NCBI RefSeq assembly: GCF_016433145.1
Contig: NC_058133.1
Coordinates: 172,418,514 to 172,482,513 of the forward strand
Reading direction: 5' to 3'
Length of the DNA stretch: 64,000 nucleotides
From: Gracilinanus agilis
Taxonomy: Eukaryota
Each line of letters starts with the position of its first letter. Position 1 is the stretch's first letter. Below are positions 12,756-22,683 of this stretch, piece after piece. The notes beneath the pieces are model-generated. The model made no database searches. It was given only the letters and a program-made list of their open reading frames with translations, and had not been told where the DNA came from. A program made the translations under genes and the position numbers.

Positions 12756-12903
12756 CTTTTTTTATTTTAGGAGACCCCAATAGATTGCCACTACTCGGAC
12801 AGGTACACGAAGTATTTTCATTGGTAACAATTACTTCTACGCAGCTGTTACCTTCTTCTGTATTGCCACAGGCTTTGCAACTGTTTTCCACAAAGCCTGT
12901 CTC
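12756..12903 (-). CDS. GGNBP2: GGNBP2 exon 10
   Basis: ETGFVENSCKACGNTEEGNSCVEVIVTNENTSCTCPSSGNLLGSPKIKK(G); AAG acceptor, GTGAGT donor; 148 nt. Confidence 0.96.
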
Positions 12904-13412
12904 CTTAAAGGATCAAGGCACAAATGATTATATAAAAGTCACTTAAATAATTTCCTTAGCATTTGTAACACAAATAAAAGGATAACAAGGGGGAAAAACA
13001 GCCTAATAATATTCTAGAACATTCAACTAATATAAGCCCCAAAATGTACAATTGTGAGTAAATACTTACAAAAAGGTATATTTTTGAACTTGACAGATTC
13101 AAGACCTAATCATTTCAAGTAAGTCAAACACAGGAGTTTTTACTTTGATCCGATCATTGCAGGGTGGACTGACAATACTACTACCTGATATTATCGTTAA
13201 AGTTGGAGAGTTCAAGTTTGAGAAACAAAAAGTAAATTACATTTCTTGTCCTAATTTTACTCTGATTTTGGTAGTAAATGATGCAAAATTCAAATCGCAC
13301 AGAAAAGTACAATATAATACATTTTAACCATGAATAGTCAAAAAACACATTTAGTCTTAAAAAGTTGCTTCTCTAAAGAATTTTTGATTCACTTCTCATG
13401 AGTCAAAATTAC

Positions 13413-13607
13413 CTTTTCTTGGCTTATTTCCTTTTCATCTGCTGTTTGCAAGGGGGCAGGAATGTCACACACACACTTATTTTTCCGCCTATTCTTCCTT
13501 TTTTGGCGCTTCTTTTCTTGCTTGAGTTCCCGTACTCTTTCTTCTTCTGAGAACTCTTCACAGAGTTGTTCTAATCGGCTTATACCCTGTACTTTTTCCA
13601 CAGCCAT
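13413..13607 (-). CDS. GGNBP2: GGNBP2 exon 9
   Basis: MAVEKVQGISRLEQLCEEFSEEERVRELKQEKKRQKRKNRRK...ISQEK; 195 nt, phase 0-0. Confidence 0.97.
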
Positions 13608-14273
13608 CTATTTAGAAAAAGATTATGCCACTGGATAATTTTTACTTTAATTTGACAGTGAGATATTATCAGATACAAACTAATAATGCACTTTGAAAAC
13701 TAGCTTTCATGGAAGATTTTATAAATTTCTAAAAGATTCTCCATAAGGATATAATGTAATCTGACAGTACACTACTTACCCCTCCCCCCACATACCCTTA
13801 CTTCAAAAGTCAGCCATATTTTAACATTTCAGTGTTTCAAGACACCAAATATAATTCTATCTCAATATAGTTAAATCCTAGATTCTGGATCATAAGGATA
13901 GCCTAATTCTCTTAAAAGCTCTAATTTCTGAAGATTTATAAAAGGAAAAAGAATAAGACAATGAAAAAGTGAGAAGACTGAAGCTTTTACAAAACAGAAC
14001 ACTTTCTCTACAACTAAAAAGCTTATCACAATAGATATTTAATAAATTTATTTCTCTCAAAATATAATTGAAAACGTTTGACCTAAGGCATTTAGAATGA
14101 CTTTCCATCTAATAATATTGAGACCAAAGTAAGTCAAATTGGAGTCTGCACATTTCCAAACTCTCCTTCTGAGAGGCTAAACTGAATGATATTAAGATAA
14201 GGCTAAAAAGAGGTTTTTAAAAGGTAAATTATTTAAAAGATAGAAGGGGAAGAGGTGGCAGGAGGAGACTTTT

Positions 14274-14470
14274 TTTTTTTTTTAAACCTTACCTTCTGTC
14301 TTGGAGTCAATACTGAGTATTGGCTCTGAGGCAGAAGAGTAGTAGGCAATTGGGGTTTAAGTGACTTGCCCAGGGTCACACAGCAGGGAAGTGTCTGAGG
14401 TCAAATTTGAACCTAGGACCTCCTGTCTCTAGGCCTGACTCTCAATCCACTGAGCTACCCACCTGCCCCC
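14274..14470 (-). mobile_element. SINE1_Mdo-like SINE
   Basis: Full-length antisense copy; TSD AGGAGGAGACTTTT (14260-14273 and 14471-14484). Confidence 0.88.
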
Positions 14471-14894
14471 AGGAGGAGACTTTTGAGTGTAATAAGAAAA
14501 AAGGAAAAAAAAAAAAAACAAACCAAAAGGAGCTATAACAGAGAAAGCCAAGTGATAAAACAATAAAGGAAAAAAAAGAAGCGTCTTAAAGTGAATAAAA
14601 TGTACTTAAGGTTTTATTACATATGTTCTTAAACAGCTATGTATTTTCCAAGGGCTTTGCAATCTTTTATAAGTTTTCTTAAAATGTCCTCTTGAGTAAT
14701 CCCTAGTCTATTTCTTAGGCTAGGAAGCCAAGGATAAAAAAGTGGTAGGTAGATCAGGAAAGAAAGAAAAATTATATCTCCCTATCCCAAAAGACTGTTG
14801 TTCACAAATGTTAAGAGAGGAGAATTAGTTGGTTGCCCAGTTTCAGATTCAGTCCACTATTTTGATCAGGTACTGAAATATCTCCCTTCCTTAC

Positions 14895-15069
14895 CTCAAA
14901 ACTCTTGCGTAAAGCATCAACACCAAGATAGAAAAGCATCTGCCATGTCTGCTCTTCAGCCCGTAGTTTTTGCCAGATTCGATGCAGTCTTTCATAAAGA
15001 TGAATACCCAGGCAGGTCAAAACTTCTTCTTGGGCTATGTCTATTGTCTTAGCATGCCTTTCCCTCCGC
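14895..15069 (-). CDS. GGNBP2: GGNBP2 exon 8
   Basis: RRERHAKTIDIAQEEVLTCLGIHLYERLHRIWQKLRAEEQTWQMLFYLGVDALRKSFE; TAG acceptor, GTAAGG donor; 175 nt. Confidence 0.97.
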
Positions 15070-15772
15070 CTATAAAGCATTAAAACCAGGCAGTGACTTT
15101 CCAACAAGTCTAGCACATTAATGCTTTTTGTGTAATCAAGTTCATATTTTAATACAACCCGAACACTAATATGTAGTAAGAAAGCTAGGTATCTATAAAT
15201 ATACACAGATGTGTATATCTATGTTTATGTAAACATACATGCATGTCTGTGATATCAAAGACACAGAAACACACATGTGAGACTTAAATGTTACTACAGC
15301 TAAAAAGGATGGTAATTCAGGAACTGGCACTTGAAGATTATAGCAACACAATGCTTGCTATGTAGTAATTAGAACTTTGGAATTACCCAGTTAAATACAA
15401 CTCATTCAGTGTTTTTTTTTTTGTTTGTTTTTTACTAATGACAAAAAACCCAGAGCTTTTCAAAGAAATGGAACATTAAGGAGCAGGAAGATAGGGATGA
15501 TAAGGTCTATATTTTTCAGCTATATCTCTTATAGAAGAGAAGTGATCCTAAAATGAGAAACTAGTTCACCCACACGCAAAAAAAAAAAAAAAAAAAAACC
15601 AAAAAAAAAACGATGAAGGAATTAAGAATGTGCTCAATTAAAACAAGTGACCAACTTTTATTTTTTTCTAATTTTGTTTTCATGATACCTAGCCAAAGAT
15701 CACATTTAGTTTGGAGGTTTTGTTTTCCTTTCTTAAATTTAAAGTAGCATGCACAGTTCATGAATTGCTTAC

Positions 15773-15952
15773 CTTAAAAACAGAGCAATTCTATCCAAAG
15801 TGCTGACACCCTGCTGCCAAGCCCATAATCTTGAGCAACATTAGCAAAAGTGGTTTTTCCATAAAACTATTGGAGGCCCATTCACAGCAATTACCCAAAC
15901 TAAAGCTTTACAATTCCACATGAATGGAAAAGTCACTTTTAGATCATTTCAA
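15773..15952 (-). other. GGNBP2: Candidate stop-containing (poison) cassette exon in GGNBP2 intron 7
   Basis: Acceptor GTCATTTTTTCAG|TTGA, donor AAG|GTAAGC, 180 nt; first full in-frame codon is TGA; TGCATG about 20 nt after the donor. Confidence 0.55.
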
Positions 15953-16281
15953 CTGAAAAAATGACATTCATATAACAAAAAAATGTCCATCTCCTTTTGA
16001 TCCAACTTGGAGCATGGAACTGAACCAATAGTCACAAACCATTTTCTTCCTATTTTTAGTCATAGAATAAAGAAATGTATATATTTCTGTATCAACAGAC
16101 AGAACCAAGAGAACATGTATTATGAAGGCTGACTTCAAAACATAGGCTTTATATCTAAGCATATGTAATGAGGCAAAGGTGCAGAAGAGATTTATTTACA
16201 AGGCTTAGAAACAAACTTTCGGTAATAAAATAAAGAAGCAAAGCGCTAGATAGCCCATTCTAGCAAATTACATACTCATAC

Positions 16282-16485
16282 CCTCCTGCGAACTCTGGCT
16301 CAGCTCGACCCAACAGATGTGCAATGAAATCTGTTTCACAGCATACATGTATGTGTCGTTCATGTGGACAGCACCGCAAGCCTTCATATAGTGCAGCACA
16401 ATAACCCTTCTCTTTGCTGCAATCAAGCTCACCAATAAGAATATTGTATGCTCGAAGTACTTTATTTTTGCAGTCAGTACAAAAC
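16282..16485 (-). CDS. GGNBP2: GGNBP2 exon 7 (alternative donor extends it to 16276)
   Basis: (R)FCTDCKNKVLRAYNILIGELDCSKEKGYCAALYEGLRCCPHERHIHVCCETDFIAHLLGRAEPEFAG(G); donors GG|GTATGA and GA|GTATGT. Confidence 0.96.
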
Positions 16486-18070
16486 CTAGTAAAAATTTAA
16501 AAAGGCAAGCAGTCAAAATAAGAATTGGCTATGATGTAGACTCAAAAGAATGTTAGTACTGGAAGGGATCTTAAGAGATCATTTAGTCCAATTCCCTTAT
16601 TTTACAAATGAGAAAACTGAGGCCAAGAAAAGGCAACTTGCCCAAAGAAACAGAGCTGGTGATAGAGTAGGGACTAGAACCCAGGTCTCCTGAATTCTGC
16701 CCAATTCAGGGTCTTGCTATGTCACTCTGTCTCATTTAATAGATTAGCATAATGATGAAGACATTCTTCTCAGTCTACATCATTAAGCAAGCCTCTAGGA
16801 ATATGCTGAATCAACAGATGGTTTTTAGTTTTCATTAAAATATACATTTAAATGTATCAAACAGCTTAAAGTTTTCCATAGTCTTTAAATTACATTTTAC
16901 ACAAACAATTTATTAAAAGTGCTGGGCTTGGAGTCAGGAAGACCTGAGTTCGAATCCTGCCTCCCTTACTAGCTGTGTGATTCTGGGCAAGTCACTTAAC
17001 TTCTCTCAGCCTCAGTTTCCTCATCTGTAAAATGGGGATAGTAGCACCTACCTCACAGGGTGGCTGTGAGGATTAAACATGTAAAGCGCTTTGCAAACCT
17101 TTAAGCGCTATAGAAATGCTAGTATTATTATTATTAAATAAGAAAAAAAGATTAAGTTCCTTATGTCTTAATATTCTTTAAGCTGAAGATCTTGTCATGA
17201 TGTGGATTATTAGCATCTGCCTGAGGACTGTCAATCTAAAGTGTGCAAGTGTATGTATGTGTATGCATATGTGTATGTGTACATGTATATGTATGTAATT
17301 GAAAGGAATAGCTGTCATGCTCACTACTCCCTCTATTTAGGTCCCATCTTCCACAACCTCCTTTACCAACAAGGGGTAAAGCATCCCCTTTTCTCCACCC
17401 CAACCCCCAACTCCACTTCTGGTGCTGGAGGGGGATGTCATTCTACTCCCCTAAGGCCCATTCACTATCCCTTTAACTATCAGGAACTAAACTGTCCTTC
17501 CCTGAGCATACCTTTCCTATGTGTTACTTCCCCCTTTAGAATATAAGCTCTTTGAGGGCAGGGACTGTCTTTGCTTTTTTATTTGTATCCCCAACACTTA
17601 ACAAAAACACAGTTCTTAGCACATACTAAGTGCTTAATAAATGCTTTTTCATTCATTCATTCATCGATTCAAAGTATTCTTTTTCAAATTCAAGCATTTC
17701 AGTAGACATGATAAAGAGACTGACACTTGCAAACCAACACTGTCACTCCTAGTTCATCAGCCTTTTAAAAAAAAAAAGCAGTAAAAAAATAAGCAATGAC
17801 AGTGAAGTATTTTTTATTTTTTTTTTCAGAAAGCTACGTAGACAGCTAAATACCATAGAATTAGAAGTACAAATTAATTTTTGTTTTTTAAATTTTTTGG
17901 TAAACAAAGAATTAAGGTATGTACTAGCAGAACTGTAAGCATAGAAGCAAATAGCACTCTGCATATGAGTAAAAGTGATTCTTAGAGTTTGCTAAATCAC
18001 TTAACAAAGGCAGTTTTACAATTTTTACACATTATCTAATGATGCACTAAATAGCATTTAGTCCACTAAT

Positions 18071-18144
18071 TATAGTGTGTCCCAAAAGTCTATTTTAAGG
18101 TATTAAAGCTTAAGGTTGCAAAAAGACTTTTGGGACAATCTGTA
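18071..18144. mobile_element. Tc1/mariner-type MITE
   Basis: About 20-bp imperfect TIRs TATAGTGTGTCCCAAAAGTC and GACTTTTGGGACAATCTGTA; ends in TA dinucleotides. Confidence 0.7.
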
Positions 18145-19794
18145 GTACAGTGAAATATTTACTGCTATGTGTTTAGGAAAGCTCGCATAAAAGTAAATGA
18201 TGCTAAAAAAGGTGGGGAACTATCTGGGAGGGAAACTATCTGGATGTTCATAAAACATGTTATAATTTTCTACAATGAGGCTGACAAATGACACCTTTAA
18301 AATTCAAACCATATCTCAACAATGTCTAGAAACACCAAGGCAAAAATTTGATTTGAGATATTTCAAAAATCAAGAATTTGACATGTAGCAGTTACTCAAA
18401 CACTCACTACTGGGCTTATATTGGGAAAAGCCTCTTCCACCAGGAGTGAATTTTGCATCCTGTAGCTTATTTATAATAATGCTTGTCTCCTCTTCCCTAT
18501 CTTTGCTTCATCTTTAACTCTGGTAACGGCTGGGCAGAAGATAGATGCTAAATGCTAAATATAATGCTAAAATAAAGTTCTGATTTACCTGAGCTATTTC
18601 CCCTCCTTAGTATATAATTCAGAAAGTTAGTTATGAGAAATACTTCAGTTAACATTTGAGAAACAGATGTTAAAATTCAAGGCATTTTAAAAAACAAGCA
18701 GTGATTTCTTTTATGACAGCTCTTTAGCAATATTACATTCAAAAGGCAGAATGCAGGGTTTAGAAGTTGTTTCTCTTATTGGCAAGTAAGACAGGAGAAC
18801 CATTAAAATAAGAAACTGACAGAAAATTCTTAGAGTCAGTCAATACAATCTTCCTCAATTCTAACTCCTGCCCCAAAATATTGCTTACAAAGTAAGAATT
18901 CTTGACTGGAGCTGTCCTTTCCTCTCTATTAAAACTGAGTATATGTGCACCCCTAAAATAAATATTAAACATGCCATAAAAAACAATGTTGATATTAACT
19001 ACAAGTATATAGTACTCCAGATCATGAGCTCAGAAAAAATAAGCATTTAATCAAGTAGGTCAGGGATAATCATGGCAAAATTCACTGAAATATTAATTAC
19101 CTTAGTCTAAGAGTAATTGGTAGATGTAAAGGTAGAGCTTTATGAGTGAAGGGGAACTTCTTTATTTCCTGTCTATACTACCACCATCAAATCACAAATG
19201 CACTGAAGATAAATCTGTATTTTGCTGAGTAGAGCAAGCTACAAAGATATTATTTTCTACAATCAAATTCTATAACAAAGAGTTATAGTAAAAGTTCAAC
19301 TTGAAAATTTAGAGGGCTACCTCCCAAATCAGCTTTTTTCTTCTGGGAACATATTTAGGAGTAAAAGGTAGCTCTCTGTACTACCAATCACTCCTAATTG
19401 TCTTCTCTAAGTTTTCCTAGAAATAGTTTACAAATTGTTTCTAGGAATCACTCAAAGCAGATATGACCACATACTCGATATAATTGGATTAAAAAAATAA
19501 GGTGAATAAAAAAATTTTAAATTCAAATAACTCCAAAATCATGTTTTACTATTAATGAGAAAGGTCTAGAAAATCTATCCCAGAGGCATGAAGGTGAGAA
19601 ATACCATATAATAGCTAGTTAATAGTTTGTATGTATAGGGTCTTGCCCATAGTAAGCACTTAATAAATGTTTTAGTTGAGCTATGGGGCAAGAGGGAAGG
19701 AAGAGGTTTCATGTTTCTATAAAACTTCATTCTTTATAAGTATTTAAAGATAAAAGAAATCCTTACTGTCAAGGGGTCTGGTTTCTTTTCCACA

Positions 19795-19925
19795 AGGAAT
19801 AAATGAACAAAGCATTTTTTAAGTGCTTACCATGTGCAAACCACTGTGCTAATTTTGCTGGGGATACAAATAGAAAAGTAAGACAGTCCTTGCTCTCATG
19901 GAGCTCACATTCTAATAAGGGAAAC
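19795..19925 (-). mobile_element. L2-type 3' tail
   Basis: AAAGCATTTTTTAAGTGCTTACCATGTGC...GGGATACAAA...GACAGTCCTTGCTCTCATGGAGCTCACATTCTA is the antisense L2 3' end. Confidence 0.7.
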
Positions 19926-20010
19926 AATACATAAGGAAAGTTTAAGTTTCACATCAGATGGAAAGGTTTCATGTTCCTTAGGGTGCATCAGCAAAGCAGA
20001 TGTTAAAGTC

Positions 20011-20400
20011 TCTTCTTTAATGTCATTTCCAGTCATAATATCTTATCAGTTTCTGATGATGAACCATTTGACAGTGCCAAGGACTCTGGTGACAAGAACT
20101 TTCTTTTTTGGGGTCTTCAAAAGATGTGGCTGTAGCACCTGCAGGAGCAGTTGCCAAGCTGCATCTCCACAAGGGTTGCTTCCCAAGATGATGGCTGTGG
20201 ACTGGTTTGGAAACATTGCTATTCCAAAGATTCTTGGGTTCAGGGTCCTGGGCTGTCTCCATCAGGGTCTGAGGGGAGATGGTGGTCAAGGTGGTTTGAC
20301 TTGCCTGGCACATGCTGCCTCCTGTCTCTCCCTCAGGGTGCCTTGCTGCTTCAGCTAGGCTGGCTTGCCTGCCCTGTGTAGCAGTTGATTGGCAGCTGGT
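20011..20400 (-). pseudogene. YBX3: YBX3-like processed fragment (5'UTR, N-terminus and start of the cold-shock domain)
   Basis: ATG at 20313: MCQASQTTLTTISPQTLMETAQDPEPKN (cf. MSEAGEATTTTTTTLPQAPTE...QDPAPKS). After a frameshift: [30 protein letters not shown] (cf. [32 protein letters not shown]). No introns; stops and frameshifts present. Confidence 0.82.
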
Positions 20401-20654
20401 GGAGGATGACTGGCCCCTTCTCCATAGGAGCTGCCTCCCTGGATGATGGCTGTGAGGGCTGGAATGGAAGCAGGACCGGTGGTCTGGGGGTGCTGCCACT
20501 CCCAGGGCACTCCTGTGCCTATCTGCCTGTTGGTGGCAGTTGGTCAGCAGTTGGTGGTGGTGATGAGAAAGGTGGGCCCCTTCTCCACAATGATTTCTCC
20601 CCTCAATGGTGGCTGTAGGGGCTGGGCAGAAAGCAGGTCTGGTGGTTTGGGGAA

Positions 20655-22100
20655 CAAGGCTATTCTCAAGGCCAGCCCTTCTACAAATAACCCCATCACC
20701 TCCCATCTCCTCCAACAGAGTACCCCACAATCATGCCCCTTCCAGCTCAAATGTTTTAATCTCACACTCTCTCTCCTAACTCTTTCCTACTGTCTATAAA
20801 CATATCAAGTCTACCCTAAACTTGGGGGTAATGGGGAACACAACTCCCTGGATCCTACTTCAAGTGACTGACCTTCATCTCTCTTCCTTTTCAAAGCCAT
20901 ACTGATTCACCTTCTTTTCTCAACCTGTTGCAGTCTGGCTATGCAGTTCATCCCTCTACTGAAACTGATCTCTCCAAGAATTGTCAAACCCTAGTTTTTT
21001 CAAAATCCTTATCCTTCTTAGCGTCTAAGCAGCATTTGACATTACTGACCACCCTTTTCCTAGATACACACTATTTTCTCTGAGTATTCATACTACTACT
21101 TATTCTTTTGATTTGACTGCTTCTTCTCAGTGTCCTTTTCTGGATCATCCTTTCTCTCTACATATACTTTCAGTGATGTGTCAGCTTCCATGGGTATATT
21201 TATTATTTCTATTCAAGATGACTATGTTTCTAGCCCTAGCTCCTTTCTGTGCTCCATTCCTATTTCACCAAATGCTCATTGTGCATTTCAAACTCTACAT
21301 GTCAAAAAAAGAATTTATCTTTTCCTCAAAACCTACCCCTCATCTAAAACTTCCTATTTTAAAGGTACCACCATCTTTCCTTAGAGCATCAACTCCATTC
21401 TCTCCTCCCACATATATAATCAGTTGCTACGTCTTGTCTTTCTATTTCTACATCTCTCACTTCTGTCCCCCTATTTCTACTCATACAATCATCCTCCTAT
21501 TTCAGATTCTAACCTCTTACTTTAGACCAGGGAACCCTAATTAATCTCCTTGCAGTAAATCTCTCCCCTCTTTCCATCCTCCTCCCTAATGCCAAATTGA
21601 TAATCCCACAGCAGAGGTCTGACATATTATGCAACTTAATAAACTCTAAGATCAAAACACTGTGTTTCATACCTAAAGCTCTTCACAATCTGGCTCCAAC
21701 CTACTTTTCCAAGAACAGACATATTGCTTTGGTCATGCATTTTGGTCCAGTCAAACTGATCTTTTTGTTCCTCACATATTTTTTCTCCCATCTCTATGCC
21801 TCTACACAGGCTAATCACACCCGGAATCTACTCCCCACTCCACACCTCCAACTTCCTAGAATTCCTTGCTTCCTTCAAGGTTCAGCTTAGATGTTACCTT
21901 CTACATAAAACGCTTACTAATCAAATTCCCCAGCTGTTAGTGCCTCCCCTCAAAAATTACCTTGTATTTGTTTTGTATATACTTATGTACATGTGGTCTC
22001 CTCTGATAGAAGGAAAGCTCCTTGAGGGCAAGGAGTGTTTCATTTTTATCTTTGTATCCTCAGTGCCTAGCACAATGCCTGGAACATAGTATAGATCTTA
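20655..22100 (+). mobile_element. 5'-truncated L2 LINE (RT region to 3' end)
   Basis: Begins KASPSTNNPITSHLLQQ (L2 RT KANPSTC..DPIPSHLL), is pyrimidine-rich, and ends with the L2 tail GTGCCTAGCACAATGCCTGGAACATAGTA...TTAATAAGCAT. Confidence 0.8.
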
Positions 22101-22569
22101 ATAAGCATCACTGAGTGATAAGGCTACCCCCAGTGTGGCTAGGGAAGGGATGGGGAAAATAGAATGGGGAAAAAGGGCCCCACACTACATTTGGGGAAGG
22201 CGGTATACCACTACATCTGGCCTTCTGCTATCTGCAACACCTGGAGAATGCTGCCTACTTATGAATGATTGCAGCTGGCTTTGTAACTTATGATCTCAGA
22301 GGGCACTCAGTGCCTGGAGCACTGAGGTTAAATGACTTGCCCGTGGCCACATAGCCAGTATGTTTCAGAAGCAGAACTTACATCCCAGGTCTTCCTGGCT
22401 ATGAGGCTAGCCCATTAGCCACTATGCCATACTGTTATTATATATGAAGGATTATTCATTTATATCTAGTCATTTTGAAAATTGTGCTGGAAAATGTTTC
22501 ATGAAAACAAATGAGGGCTAGGGACACTAGGCGTTTAATAACATTACTACACTTTATCTTGAGACTTAC

Positions 22570-22683
22570 CTGTGTTTTCGCAGATAGGTTTCTAATGTTT
22601 CTAAAAGACAACTAGAATCAATTAAAACTACTTCATCCCTGCATTCCTGGGACATTAGTTCCCACACATCCATCCAACAACCT
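22570..22683 (-). CDS. GGNBP2: GGNBP2 exon 6
   Basis: GCWMDVWELMSQECRDEVVLIDSSCLLETLETYLRKH(R); 114 nt, phase 2-2; GTAAGT donor. Confidence 0.97.

Noticed and set aside
13080-13330. Possible intronic snoRNA in GGNBP2 intron 9
   Set aside because: No paired C (RUGAUGA) and D (CUGA) boxes with a terminal stem, and no H/ACA layout, on the sense strand.
20023-20730. 235-aa ORF as an intact novel gene
   Set aside because: It is a mosaic of L2 antisense sequence, repeated UTR-like units and the YBX3 N-terminus. The cold-shock domain is out of frame and has stops.
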